Program-made: the position numbers and the translations under genes
The notes under the pieces: generated by a model
Seen by the model: only the letters and a program-made list of their open reading frames with translations
Database searches by the model: none
Told to the model about the DNA's origin: nothing
In this document: positions 1 to 10,730 of the stretch, in pieces
Layout of the letters: each line of letters opens with the position of its first letter
Numbering within the stretch: position 1 is the first letter of the stretch
Source of the DNA: Candidatus Woesearchaeota archaeon
Lineage (GTDB): Archaea; Nanobdellota; Nanobdellia; Woesearchaeales; UBA11576
NCBI GenBank assembly: GCA_018668595.1
Contig: JABJCP010000013.1
Coordinates: forward strand, 64,116-128,115
Direction: 5' to 3'
Length of the DNA: 64,000 nucleotides

Positions 1-927
1 CCAAAATTTGGATGCAAACCTGAAGATCGAACTACTGAAGAACTAATTAGAACAGGAATAATAAATGTAGATAAAAACAAAGGACCAACATCACACCAAA
101 TAAGCAGCTATATACAAAAAATATTCAAACTAAAAAAAAGTGGACATAGCGGAACACTCGATCCAAAAGTTACAGGCGTACTTCCAGTAGCACTTGAAAA
201 GTCAACAAAAATTGTATTGGCTTTGTTGAATGCAGGAAAAGAATATGTATGTTTAATGCACATACACAAAGATGTTGAACCAAAAAAAATAAAAGAAATA
301 ATGTTTAAAAAATTCATAGGAAAAATAAAGCAATTACCTCCAATCAAATCTGCAGTAAAAAGACAATGGCGGTATCGAAAAATATATTATATTGATATTC
401 TTGAAATTAATGGAAAAGATGTTCTTTTTACAGTTGGTTGTCAAGCAGGCACGTACATAAGAAAACTTTGTTCAGACATTGGAAAAGAACTTGGAACTGG
501 CGCACACATGGCAGAACTTAGACGATCAAAAGCAGGACCATTTAATGAAACAAATGTAACAAACTTAATTGATATTCATGATGCCAATTCGTTTTACAAA
601 GAAGATGGAAATGATAAATGGCTACGCCAAATAATTCTACCATTAGAATCAGGAACAGATCACCTTCCAAAAGTATGGATATTTGATACAACTGTCGACA
701 CATTATGCCATGGAGCAGATCTTCATGTTCCAGGAATATCCAAAATAGAAAGCGATATACAAGAAGGTGAAGTGGTTGCAGTAATGACACTAAAAAATGA
801 GCTTGTTTTAATTGGAGAAGCAAGAATGATTTCTGCACAGATGAAGAAAAAAAATAAAGGACTTGCAGTAAAAACTACAAGAGTATTTATGGAACGCGGA
901 ACATATCCTAGAATGAAAAAGAAGTGA
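1..927 (+). CDS. cbf5: RNA-guided pseudouridine synthase Cbf5 (TruB family, PUA domain), 5'-partial
   Basis: Frame open from base 1: PKFGCKPEDR...VDKNKGPTSHQ...GHSGTLDPKVTG (catalytic Asp), QLPPIKSAVKR, GTYIRKLC, C-terminal PUA domain. Confidence 0.97.
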   Translation, partial: PKFGCKPEDRTTEELIRTGIINVDKNKGPTSHQISSYIQKIFKLKKSGHSGTLDPKVTGVLPVALEKSTKIVLALLNAGKEYVCLMHIHKDVEPKKIKEIMFKKFIGKIKQLPPIKSAVKRQWRYRKIYYIDILEINGKDVLFTVGCQAGTYIRKLCSDIGKELGTGAHMAELRRSKAGPFNETNVTNLIDIHDANSFYKEDGNDKWLRQIILPLESGTDHLPKVWIFDTTVDTLCHGADLHVPGISKIESDIQEGEVVAVMTLKNELVLIGEARMISAQMKKKNKGLAVKTTRVFMERGTYPRMKKK

Positions 928-1008
928 ACACCACTGAGAACTTTGAAAAATTTTCTATTACAAATATTCAAATAAAAAGTTGAGTGAACTAGTTGGGGGC
1001 GAGAAATT

Positions 1009-1482
1009 ATGGGATTAGTTGAAAAACTAAATGCATTCAAAAAATCAGCAAGTTATGCTATAAGTGATGGATTATTAATCAATCTTGGAAAAGAAAACAG
1101 CATTATTCCAGGATTAATTTATGACGGAGAACAAGCAAAAATAGAAAAACCAAATTCTAATTTATGGGCAGATTACTATTTTATAGCCGCATGCTATGCA
1201 TCAAAACTAGATAATTATAGAAACAGATATGAAAGAATAATTATTGAAATACAAAATTCTGTTCCTGACTATGATCCTTCTGAAAGATTCAACTGGCTTA
1301 GAGCAGTTCCTGTAAAAAACAATAAAGTAGACAATACCGCAATAGACGAATTAACACACAGAATGAAACTTTTATGTAAACTCAAAAAATTTCTTAAACA
1401 AAACCCTGAGTTTTCAATAGAAGATCGATTTTCAATTTATTTTAATATTGAAAATAAACTAGAGCTAGAAAGACCAAATTAA
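1009..1482 (+). CDS. Hypothetical protein
   Basis: 157-aa ORF with GGGGGCGA upstream; no recognisable motif. Confidence 0.6.
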   Translation: MGLVEKLNAFKKSASYAISDGLLINLGKENSIIPGLIYDGEQAKIEKPNSNLWADYYFIAACYASKLDNYRNRYERIIIEIQNSVPDYDPSERFNWLRAVPVKNNKVDNTAIDELTHRMKLLCKLKKFLKQNPEFSIEDRFSIYFNIENKLELERPN

Positions 1483-1547
1483 GAAAAAATTAAAAGAGAG
1501 TGAATATGTGAAAATAAAAAAACAAAAAATTAAGCGAGGTTAAAAAA

Positions 1548-2132
1548 ATGACTTTAATATTAGTAACTGAAACTCATGGAGAAGTAAGTTCAGGATTTTG
1601 TGCTACATTCACACAATTTTCTAGATTAGGAGAATACTGTTTTACAACAAAACATCTTTGTGAATTAATTCAACACATTGCAGAAAATAAAGATTTATGC
1701 GAAACAAAAATACTATCATTTGATGAATCCTTGTTTTGGAAAAAAGATATTAAATACACGCTCGGACTTTTAAAACTAGTTCATGAAGAACAAGAAAGTG
1801 AAGGACCTATTAACAATTCTGTACTTGACAAATATGTAGCAGACGAAACAAGTATCTCACAAAAAGAAGAACTGCAACTTTACACTCAAGGAACAATGCT
1901 TGATGTTATTATTTCAGACAGCGGAAATTCTATACAAGTAGGAGAATATACTATAAATTCAACCCATTTTGGAAGATTTGCAGATTATCTTACACACGGC
2001 GGATTTATGGGTTGGAATCCTAAAACACCTAAATTTGCAACAACTGCAAAAGAGGCAATGGAAAAATCAAAACACCCTCTTTATTCACAAATACAACAAG
2101 AACTGATAAACCCCAACGCTGCAGAGTACTAA
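1548..2132 (+). CDS. Hypothetical protein
   Basis: 194-aa ORF preceded by GAGGT; no recognisable motif. Confidence 0.65.
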   Translation: MTLILVTETHGEVSSGFCATFTQFSRLGEYCFTTKHLCELIQHIAENKDLCETKILSFDESLFWKKDIKYTLGLLKLVHEEQESEGPINNSVLDKYVADETSISQKEELQLYTQGTMLDVIISDSGNSIQVGEYTINSTHFGRFADYLTHGGFMGWNPKTPKFATTAKEAMEKSKHPLYSQIQQELINPNAAEY

Positions 2133-2287
2133 CCCTTTTGTGACTAAATAAGTTTAAATAAGTATGTTGATTAACTTGACACAACAAGTAATTATAACTA
2201 ATTAACCAATAATAAACACAACTAAGCATAATTAGTAAATATGAGAAATACTAAACATAATTATTGAATGAAAACAAGGGTGGTTAA

Positions 2288-3655
2288 ATGCGAAAAGAAA
2301 GTCAAAGCGTAATCGATGATGTTATTTCTAAAATTAATCCAGTACCAATATCCCTGACTCACATTGAACTTGCAACAAAAATTTCAGAACGATGTACGGG
2401 AATAAGATCTCCAGAACTAGTTGATGCATACATGGATCCTAGAAAATTTAGTGTAGGAGAATTCTGCCCAAAATTCAAAAAAAAAGTAAAAGATGAATCA
2501 GTCTATATTCTTCTAATGCCTGGACCGTATACAAAACCAGAGTCAATAATATACAAAGCATGTATAACAGCAAGAGCTGCGAAAGAAGCAGGAGCAAAAA
2601 AAGTCGTGTTACTCTCGACAGATTTACCACACGCACGACAAGACCGAGGTTCAGAGGAAGATGCAAAAGCAGAAGGAGAACCAAACACAGTAAGACTCCA
2701 CGCAGATACTTTCAAAGCCGCAGGAATAGATCAAGTAATCACAACCCATATTCATTCACCAAGAATCGCAGCATTCTTTGCACAATCATACGGACTAATT
2801 CCTGAAGAAATGAAATTTGATTCTAATAATAAAGAAATACCTTTTGATGCAAATAATAAAGAAATACAAAAAATTGGAGAATCTGTAATAAAATCAATAA
2901 GTCCCCACGCAATACTTGCAGATTATATCTTGCACCAAAGTTCTTTAATTAGAAATGGGTACTTAGCAGATAAAGGAGCAAAATTTGTATTAAAAGCAAT
3001 GGATAAAGGAAACAGAGAATTCATAGATCTATTGTATGCTGCTTTGTTTTTACCAAATGTAAGCAGAGTATACTGTAACAAAGCAAGAACTGCAAAAAAT
3101 GATCCAAAAAAAGTAGAAGTATCTATAGACTCTGTATCTGATAATTTCACCACACTTGACGGTAAATTAGAATCCTTTGATGATGATGGACTTGACACAG
3201 GAGGAACAATGTTCAAAGCAGTAAATTGGTCTAATGCAGGAAACTTATGTTCAGAAACAGGAAAAAGTTTTGGAATACCTGAAGCTAGATTTATATATTT
3301 TACTCATGCATGGCTAGGCGGAGATGCGCATCAAGGAATACAAGAAAGAATATTTAAAAACTTACCTGCAACAGAATTTGTAACAACAAACACTAGACCT
3401 TATGTTGGAGATGCGCAATATTACAGATTTAAAATGAAATCAACAATACTACGACTTGCAGGACTGTGGGGAGATGCAATAATTGCAAATGAACTAGGAC
3501 AGGATATCGAACAAAGATACTGCGGATTTGAATCTGAAGAACAACAACACCAATTCATGAAACGACTCTATGTTCTAAAACGACACTCAAGTCATTTTTT
3601 AAATGAAGGAATAGAACCAAGAAAAAGAAAATTAGATTTTTATTTAAGAGAATAA
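2288..3655 (+). CDS. prs: Divergent ribose-phosphate pyrophosphokinase (PRPP synthetase) with insertions
   Basis: KFSVGE (FxDGE), PHARQDR, THIHS, DDDGLDTGGT (PRPP-binding loop), FTHAWLGG, TTNTRP. Confidence 0.85.
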   Translation: MRKESQSVIDDVISKINPVPISLTHIELATKISERCTGIRSPELVDAYMDPRKFSVGEFCPKFKKKVKDESVYILLMPGPYTKPESIIYKACITARAAKEAGAKKVVLLSTDLPHARQDRGSEEDAKAEGEPNTVRLHADTFKAAGIDQVITTHIHSPRIAAFFAQSYGLIPEEMKFDSNNKEIPFDANNKEIQKIGESVIKSISPHAILADYILHQSSLIRNGYLADKGAKFVLKAMDKGNREFIDLLYAALFLPNVSRVYCNKARTAKNDPKKVEVSIDSVSDNFTTLDGKLESFDDDGLDTGGTMFKAVNWSNAGNLCSETGKSFGIPEARFIYFTHAWLGGDAHQGIQERIFKNLPATEFVTTNTRPYVGDAQYYRFKMKSTILRLAGLWGDAIIANELGQDIEQRYCGFESEEQQHQFMKRLYVLKRHSSHFLNEGIEPRKRKLDFYLRE

Positions 3656-3744
3656 AATATTTATTATATTTCTTATTTTTTTATTTTTATAATTACCTGT
3701 TATATTTTAATACTATTATCTTCTTCTTGATTTAATTAAATTAA

Positions 3745-4023
3745 TTAATCCAAATTTAAACCATGCACTTTTAATCTTGCTTTGACTACGCCTTCATGCA
3801 TTAGTTCAGGTATTGGCACATTATTTATGCTTATTTGTGTTGCGATTGCATCTTCTAATGTTTGAATATTTAATTTTTCATAAAATTCAACTGCTTGTTT
3901 TCCAAAATCTATGGCTTGTTCAAATCGATAATTTTTTACAGCAAAAACAGCATTTGCATACATAGTTTCTGCCTGTCTTTTTCTATTGTCGTAGCTTTCG
4001 CTATTCTGATTTTTCATTTTCAC
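3745..4023 (-). CDS. Small hypothetical protein
   Basis: 92-aa ORF with SD-like GGAGGGTG upstream; helical pattern. Confidence 0.55.
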   Translation of the reverse strand: MKMKNQNSESYDNRKRQAETMYANAVFAVKNYRFEQAIDFGKQAVEFYEKLNIQTLEDAIATQISINNVPIPELMHEGVVKARLKVHGLNLD

Positions 4024-4217
4024 ACCCTCCTAATTATTATTTACCTCTCAGTACATATTATACAAATCAAATATTTAAAACAAGAGTATGTAAAGTATGT
4101 ACCTTATTTAAACTACTGTTTGAATGGCTTGAAGTGTTTAAACACAAACATAAATTTAAAATAAATAGGTTATAGCACAATAAAAAATATAAACCCTAAT
4201 AGGTTAAATATTTTGAA

Positions 4218-5129
4218 ATGAATAGATTTTTACCAGACATTCCCGGATATAATGAGCCAGAGCAATATTTAGATTTTATTAAAAAAGCATCAACTATTTT
4301 TGAAACTGAACCAAGTCTAATTGAATTACCATTAAATAAACCAATCGCATTTGTAGGCGATACACATGGAGACTTTGAAACAACAGAAAAAGTATATAAT
4401 ATGTTTTCAGGTTCGCATTTACTAGTATTTCTTGGAGATTACATTGATCGAGCACCAAAAGAAAATGGCTCAATCAAAAATATTTCTTACCTATTACAAA
4501 AAAAGATTGAAAATCCCCGAGACATAATTCTTCTTAGAGGCAATCATGATGTTGCATCAATACCACTAACATGGCCGCCAGAATTTTATGTTAGCTTAGC
4601 AAAATTTGAGAAAGATTACGTGCTGCCAATTTCCAGCGTATACGATATGACATTTAGCAGCATGCCTTATGTTGCAACAACAAAAAATGGAATTATTGGA
4701 CTACATGGGGCAATTCCTCAAATTAAATCAATTGATGATCTTGTTAACTTACCAAAAGGAATTGTTGATTCAAAAGATAATAAACTAATAGATGATCTTC
4801 TTTGGAGTGACTTAGATCATGAAGAAAAATATGGGATGGGAGAAGCAGGATTTATCCCCAATGAACAACGCTCCCGAACTGGAAGTAAAGGAATAATTAT
4901 TAATGAGAAATATTTTGAAGAAAAAATGAAACTATTAGAAAAAAATGTTTTATTACGAGGACATGACGCTTTGGCAAAAGGATATTGCTTTAATAATAGA
5001 GTTCTTACAATTTTTACATCAGAAAAATATATAGATAAGGGAAACATGAAAGGAGTATTTGTAGCATTAATGAAAGATCCACAAAAAGAAATAAAAACTG
5101 CAAAAGATTTAACTATAATACAGTTCTAA
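4218..5129 (+). CDS. PPP-family serine/threonine protein phosphatase
   Basis: GDTHG, GDYIDR, RGNHD, HGAI, LLWSD, RGHD, TIFTS motifs. Confidence 0.93.
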   Translation: MNRFLPDIPGYNEPEQYLDFIKKASTIFETEPSLIELPLNKPIAFVGDTHGDFETTEKVYNMFSGSHLLVFLGDYIDRAPKENGSIKNISYLLQKKIENPRDIILLRGNHDVASIPLTWPPEFYVSLAKFEKDYVLPISSVYDMTFSSMPYVATTKNGIIGLHGAIPQIKSIDDLVNLPKGIVDSKDNKLIDDLLWSDLDHEEKYGMGEAGFIPNEQRSRTGSKGIIINEKYFEEKMKLLEKNVLLRGHDALAKGYCFNNRVLTIFTSEKYIDKGNMKGVFVALMKDPQKEIKTAKDLTIIQF

Positions 5130-5177
5130 GTTTAATAAAATATTTAATAGAATAACAATTTTAAAAAAATAAAAAAA

Positions 5178-6701
5178 TTAATTTTCTAAATCAACATTAT
5201 GAATAACTTCTCCACTATTAGGTCCTGTTGTTATTGTTCTAACTGGAACTAATAATTCATTTTGTAATGTTAATAAATAATTCATTGCATTCACCGGAAT
5301 TTGATCCATACTAGTTGCGCCTCTAACTTTGTCTTGATGTGCCCAACCAGGAACACTGTAACCATAAATAGGTTTAACAATTCTTAACGTGTCTGGTCTT
5401 GTAGGAACATAATTTGTTCTTTTTCCATCAACATCATACTCAGTTGCAATTTTCAGCTCTCCATCCCAATCATCAACAACATCAAACTTAGTAACTGCAA
5501 GCTCAGTTGTCAAGTTCCAACGCATGGCTTGGCGAAGCATGACTGCATCCACCCAACCAACACGCCGAGGTCTTCCAGTTGTTGCTCCATACTCTGCAGC
5601 TTTAACTCTAAAATAAGTTGAAAGTGCAAGAGGATCGTCTGCTAATGCGCGCTTTAATAAATCAGAAGTTATTAATTCTTCGCCCTCAAGATTATCTTTA
5701 AAAAGTTCAGGATCGCAAAACTCAGTTGGGAAAATTCCACCACCAACTTTAGAAGAAATAGGTGCTTTTACAATTCCGATAATACGATCGAATTTTACAC
5801 CAAGACCCATGCCACTATAAGCGCCTGCAAGACCTGTATTTGAACAAGTAATATTAGGATATTCGCCAATATCTATATCAAGTCTTGACCCTTGCGCACC
5901 TTCTGCCAAAATTGCTCTTTTCTCGACGTTAATTATATTATCCAAATATTCTTCAGCGTCGACAATCCTATCTTTAAACTGTTCAATAATTTCTGCTTCT
6001 TGAGCTATAATTTTGCTAGGATTTAACTCTTGTAAACCATAATGCTTAAACAAAGGATTAATAAATTTATCACAAGCAGAATTTAATTTTTCCAAAGCAG
6101 GTTTTATATTCATAGACTCATTAGAATCTACAAAATCACCAAACTTAATCCCAAAACGAAGATACTTCATAGAATATGCAATACCAATTGCCTTGTTAGT
6201 TGTTCCAACACTCTTATCAGTCAATAAATTTTCAAGATCTGAATACATAGATAAATTAACAATAGCATTATCAGAAATTTTGAAATTATCCTCTGTTAGA
6301 AAGAATTTCATATCTCCCATTTCTTCTAAAAGACGCTCTCCATTCAGAGTCATTCCAGGACCTGCTAAGTTTTTAACACCTGGAACCGTAACACCAGAAC
6401 AAAGATTGTGCATAACTTTTTTAACAAAAGTCGCGTAATAAACTCCATCATCTTTACTAAACTGCTTTACATCAATTTCATTAATGTTGTTAACTTCTAA
6501 ACCCTCAGGAAGATTAGGATCTGGAGTTCTTGATTCGCCAACTTTAACCCATTGAGTATGACCTGCATTATCTCCACCTTGATAACGAACAACACAACCT
6601 ATATGATTAGAAACGTTTAAAATTTCTTCAATTACTTTAGACTTTGCCTCGTCGCCATAAAATGTTCCATGTAATAAAATATGACCTCTTTTTGTTTTCA
6701 T
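5178..6701 (-). CDS. purA: Adenylosuccinate synthetase
   Basis: YGDEAKSK (catalytic Asp retained), QGGDNAGHT, EGAQG, EYGATTGRPRRVGW, TKFDV; SD AGGTGA. Confidence 0.93.
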   Translation of the reverse strand: MKTKRGHILLHGTFYGDEAKSKVIEEILNVSNHIGCVVRYQGGDNAGHTQWVKVGESRTPDPNLPEGLEVNNINEIDVKQFSKDDGVYYATFVKKVMHNLCSGVTVPGVKNLAGPGMTLNGERLLEEMGDMKFFLTEDNFKISDNAIVNLSMYSDLENLLTDKSVGTTNKAIGIAYSMKYLRFGIKFGDFVDSNESMNIKPALEKLNSACDKFINPLFKHYGLQELNPSKIIAQEAEIIEQFKDRIVDAEEYLDNIINVEKRAILAEGAQGSRLDIDIGEYPNITCSNTGLAGAYSGMGLGVKFDRIIGIVKAPISSKVGGGIFPTEFCDPELFKDNLEGEELITSDLLKRALADDPLALSTYFRVKAAEYGATTGRPRRVGWVDAVMLRQAMRWNLTTELAVTKFDVVDDWDGELKIATEYDVDGKRTNYVPTRPDTLRIVKPIYGYSVPGWAHQDKVRGATSMDQIPVNAMNYLLTLQNELLVPVRTITTGPNSGEVIHNVDLEN

Positions 6702-6720
6702 TTAATCACCTATTATTTTT

Positions 6721-6783
6721 TCTTTGTTATTTGTTCTTTGTCATTGATTCTTTGTCATTGATTCTTTGTCATTAATTCTTTGA
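6721..6783 (+). repeat. 14-bp tandem repeat (TCTTTGTCATTGAT, ~4.5 units) upstream of purA
   Basis: Units start at 6721, 6735, 6749, 6763 and 6777 (partial). Confidence 0.85.
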
Positions 6784-6832
6784 TATTTTTATTTTTTTTA
6801 TTATCTATTATGTTTGATTATTTTTTGTTTTT

Positions 6833-8473
6833 TTATTCACACTTAATTATCTTTGAAGTAGGGTTTTCAAACTGCTCTGTCAATATTGTGTTTGTGATTA
6901 TATGTTTGAAAGTTCCTTTTTGATAATTATCTCTAATAACTGCATGATTATCATAAATCTTTTTTAACTTATTACAATCAGTATTACCCCAATAGTTTTG
7001 GTTAGCAATAACATCACGCAAAGTATCTGCAATAATATCAAATGACTGGCCACTTTTTCCAAGTTCTCTAGTATTATTGAAAATATTATTCTCACTCAAT
7101 ATATTTTCATCGACTATAAACTCATGATAATAAGGGTAATCAATTTGTTCCATTAAAATCCCCACTGTATTTTCAGTAATAGTATTATGTGTTAACAAAT
7201 TTGAGTCTGTTGAAATTTTTACTCCAATACCAAAGTTTTTTACAACACAATTAACAATATTAACATTTCTAGCATCAGAACGCATACCAATACCAATAAT
7301 ATCTGCAGTAAGATAGTCATGAGGACTCCCCATTAAAACTGCACCATTACAATCTAATGTAATATCTGATTCTGAAATAATAATTCCTTGACGAAGAACA
7401 TACTCTCCTGGACAAAGAACAGTATCTTGAGTTATGCTCATTTGACCCTCAACAGATTTACAATTCTCAACATCTTTTACAGTAGTAATACTCTGACTAA
7501 CTTTATTATTTTCATCAATTTTCTCAGAATCTAATTGTTCATTTGCTAGCTCATTAACTGCTTCTTGCTGTTTATCTTCAATAGATTGAACTACAGGTTC
7601 AGAATATTCTGCAAAACCTTCTGGACGAATATCTAAATGCGGAAAAACTTTTTCTTTCTTTAAATTATTAAATACCATATTATCAAAATCAAAAATAGTC
7701 TTCATACCATCTTCAAACACATATTCTTTTCTAAGAACTGCTCCATTATAATCATACAACCAATACCTCAATTTATAATCTCCAAAATCACATTCGACAA
7801 TCAAAGCCTCTTTTGACATCTCAATTTGTTGTTTACCTATAACAGTGCCGCATTTCAAATTTTGAGTAATTTCGACTGGAAGTTCAACATTATAATTATA
7901 ATAACTAATTTCTTTTAACTCATCCATCTTAGCACAATAATCTAAATCTTCACACCAAGCATAAGCTTTTTTATTAGCTTTATCTAAATAAACTACATCA
8001 AAAACATCTTCGGGAAAATAATTTTGTTCATAAGGAATCTCAATTCTAACCGCATTTCCATAAACATAAAAATGACTCATCTTAGATTTAGTATCAACAT
8101 CATTCCCTAATGTTTCTCCAGTGTAATAAAAATAATAAGACTTGACTTTACTGGTTGCTTCTTGAAGCGATTGAATCTTTTTATCCAAATAAACTTTTTT
8201 ATCTAGCTTCGACGATGAATCTACAGAGTTAGAATTTTCTTTTGAATTATCTGAAATCACTCCATCAACGAGTTTTGTTTTTTCTTTACTATCTAAATCA
8301 TCTGATTGAGGTAGCGGAGATTCGAGATCTACAAGATCCATTGCACCAATTAAAGGATCTTGATTAACTGCAGGATTAATCTTAGAAGTTGTACAGCCCA
8401 CAACTAATAACATACACATTGTTAACAACAAAATAAAAACTGATAATAAAATGTTTTTCAAAACTTTTTTCAT
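6833..8473 (-). CDS. Secreted lipoprotein with C-terminal NosD-like/right-handed beta-helix domain
   Basis: Signal peptide with LVVGC lipobox; C-terminal ITLDCNG, NVNIVNCVVKNFGIGV, NTITENTVGI, ANQNYWG beta-helix repeats. Confidence 0.75.
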   Translation of the reverse strand: MKKVLKNILLSVFILLLTMCMLLVVGCTTSKINPAVNQDPLIGAMDLVDLESPLPQSDDLDSKEKTKLVDGVISDNSKENSNSVDSSSKLDKKVYLDKKIQSLQEATSKVKSYYFYYTGETLGNDVDTKSKMSHFYVYGNAVRIEIPYEQNYFPEDVFDVVYLDKANKKAYAWCEDLDYCAKMDELKEISYYNYNVELPVEITQNLKCGTVIGKQQIEMSKEALIVECDFGDYKLRYWLYDYNGAVLRKEYVFEDGMKTIFDFDNMVFNNLKKEKVFPHLDIRPEGFAEYSEPVVQSIEDKQQEAVNELANEQLDSEKIDENNKVSQSITTVKDVENCKSVEGQMSITQDTVLCPGEYVLRQGIIISESDITLDCNGAVLMGSPHDYLTADIIGIGMRSDARNVNIVNCVVKNFGIGVKISTDSNLLTHNTITENTVGILMEQIDYPYYHEFIVDENILSENNIFNNTRELGKSGQSFDIIADTLRDVIANQNYWGNTDCNKLKKIYDNHAVIRDNYQKGTFKHIITNTILTEQFENPTSKIIKCE

Positions 8474-8592
8474 TTCCCATCCTCCATTTAATCTTCTATT
8501 GAGTTTAATTTACCTGATTCAACTGTTTATTTGATTTAATTTTTCATTCAGTTTAATCAATTATTAATTTTAATTTTTAACTGTTTAACTTT

Positions 8593-9780
8593 TTAATAAT
8601 CTCTAAATTTAAAATCATATTTCTCAGATACTTTAATCAAATTATCAACAATACGATCATTAATTGATTGATTCTCTTTTGTATTTGCAAGAGCTCTCAA
8701 TTCAACAAAATGTTTTCCAGTCATAAGTTCATATGCAGATGCGTAAAGAACTGCTGCATCAATAACAAGCTCATCAGGAAATTTAACAGGTTTTCCTGCC
8801 CTGCCTATTTTTTCAACATAATCTCGAATAAATTGTTTATCAAAAGCACTAGGAATATTATCTACTCTACCCCCCCTATATTCTTCATAATCGTCTGCTT
8901 TCCAAATTCTACTTGAATCTGCAGTAATCATTTCATCAACAACACGCACAAGCTTATTTTCAATTGTGTAAAACTTTTTTGAATCGTCTGTAGCACTAAA
9001 ATTATTAATTGATGAATCCATATTTTTAAAATCATATCTGTCAACACCTAATTCGAATTTTGTATCAACTAAAAGCAAACCACGCTCTGCTAAAAAATCC
9101 TCAGACTTTCTAAATAAACCAAAACAAATATTTACAAGGTTATCCAGGATAGATTCTCCACCAACTAATTCTGCTGCAACATCATAAGGTATAGGAAGAT
9201 CATGACCCGATTCTGCTTTTGTCGTCGGAGTAAATAATAAACTAGTTAATCGTCCCCCCGTTTGTATTAATTCATCTTCGAACATATCAGGAGTTATGTT
9301 AATTCCATATCCTTTTGTAAAACAATTGAGTTCAGATGACCATTCTTGAGCACCATCAACTTTTGATTTAAAATCTTTCCAACCACTACCTGTTAAATGA
9401 CGTCGGATTACAAACTCGACAGGAAAAACCTTGCAATTAACTGCATAAGTAAAATTAGGATCAATACTTGAATCAATAGTTTGAGATGCGACAACATCTT
9501 TGCAAAGATCCATAAAAAAATTATTAAGAGCAGTTGTTACAAGACCTTTATTTGGAATTAAACTGTGATGAACACAATCATGAGTAGAAATTCTATCAGT
9601 TCTCGCCATTAATCTGTACAAATCAAAAATATTACTATCTGCAACCTTTCCAGAATGAGGAACAATATCTGATCTGAATGCATATTGAGGAATATCAAAT
9701 TCTCTAAATAAAAAATTGTTATTCAAATCATTTCTTATAATTTTTGTCAATTCAGATAATTTAGTTATTGTTTCTACCAT
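8593..9780 (-). CDS. purC: SAICAR synthetase
   Basis: SGKV, TDRISTHD, PVEFVIRRHLTGSGW, TPTTKAESGHD, DTKFELG, DEMITADSSRIW, DKQFIRDY. Confidence 0.95.
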   Translation of the reverse strand: MVETITKLSELTKIIRNDLNNNFLFREFDIPQYAFRSDIVPHSGKVADSNIFDLYRLMARTDRISTHDCVHHSLIPNKGLVTTALNNFFMDLCKDVVASQTIDSSIDPNFTYAVNCKVFPVEFVIRRHLTGSGWKDFKSKVDGAQEWSSELNCFTKGYGINITPDMFEDELIQTGGRLTSLLFTPTTKAESGHDLPIPYDVAAELVGGESILDNLVNICFGLFRKSEDFLAERGLLLVDTKFELGVDRYDFKNMDSSINNFSATDDSKKFYTIENKLVRVVDEMITADSSRIWKADDYEEYRGGRVDNIPSAFDKQFIRDYVEKIGRAGKPVKFPDELVIDAAVLYASAYELMTGKHFVELRALANTKENQSINDRIVDNLIKVSEKYDFKFRDY

Positions 9781-9806
9781 TTAATATCACCTTTATTTTA
9801 TAATAA

Positions 9807-10730
9807 TTACCTGCTAAAAAAAGCATCATTTATTTTAGGATTATCTCCATACTTAATTTTTGCATCGCGTTTATATTCGACCAAGTTCTTCCTTAAACCC
9901 TTTCTGCTAGCAGATAAAATCTGTGCTGCAAAAATAGCTGCGTTTTCAGGACGAGTAAAATACAATGAATTATTACACTTGCTGATTGAATTCAATATTC
10001 CATCCAAAGTGATATCTGCATATTTTGATGTTGGATTTGCACAAGATAAACAAACACCATCAAAAAAATCAAATTTAGTTGCGTCAATAAAATTATCAAA
10101 AATATTAATACAAAGTTCAGCTTTATCTTCTTCTGGTTCTTTTATTTTATATGGAACCTCTAAAGAATCTAACAAACTCTTTGCCTTATCAAAATAATCA
10201 CAAGAATAATCTTTAGGAATTAAAACAACATAATCAAAATAATTATTCACAATCTTTTCAGAAATTAAAAAAGCATCTGGTAAAGAATTCTTTTTATCTG
10301 AATGTGGGGCCACAACACCAACAGGAATTCCTGGCGGAAGATTTGAATTTGAAATAAATGCATCTAAACCGCCTCCAATAACATTAGCGCTTAATGGAAC
10401 TGCAATCATAGGTGTGTGAGGAAGATAAGCTGCAACAACTGCAGGAAGTTGAAAACTCATACCACCAACCCAAACACAACAAAAACCCGCATTATTGTCA
10501 GAATAATATACATTATCAATAAAAGCAGAAAGCTGATCTGCAATATCAAGAGTTCTTTGGGGCGTTCTATGAATTGAAGTTAACAAAGGTTTGCCTAAAG
10601 AAATATCTTTTTGTCTAAAATAATCTTGAAAATTCTGACCTCCTAGTTTAGCATATTTTCTAAATAAAACCTCGTCGTCACTTGTTGATCCTCGACCAAC
10701 AAATAAATATTTTCCAAAATTTTTTGTAAT
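9807..10730 (-). CDS. purE: AIR carboxylase / N5-CAIR mutase (PurE), extended; probable ATT start at 10730
   Basis: SIHRTP, LPAVVAA, PMIAVPL, GGLDAFIS..LPPGIPVGVV, ENAAIFAAQIL. The N-terminal VGRGSTSD motif lies in frame upstream of the TTG at 10586, back to an ATT following SD GAGGTGA. Confidence 0.85.
   Translation of the reverse strand: MTKNFGKYLFVGRGSTSDDEVLFRKYAKLGGQNFQDYFRQKDISLGKPLLTSIHRTPQRTLDIADQLSAFIDNVYYSDNNAGFCCVWVGGMSFQLPAVVAAYLPHTPMIAVPLSANVIGGGLDAFISNSNLPPGIPVGVVAPHSDKKNSLPDAFLISEKIVNNYFDYVVLIPKDYSCDYFDKAKSLLDSLEVPYKIKEPEEDKAELCINIFDNFIDATKFDFFDGVCLSCANPTSKYADITLDGILNSISKCNNSLYFTRPENAAIFAAQILSASRKGLRKNLVEYKRDAKIKYGDNPKINDAFFSR

Noticed and set aside
5178-6701. Divergent PurA as a possible PurZ (2-aminoadenine synthesis)
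   Set aside because: The catalytic Asp (GDE) and the TTGRPRR loop are retained, whereas PurZ has Ser at that Asp. The context is an ordinary pur cluster. Only a ~45-aa insertion is unusual.
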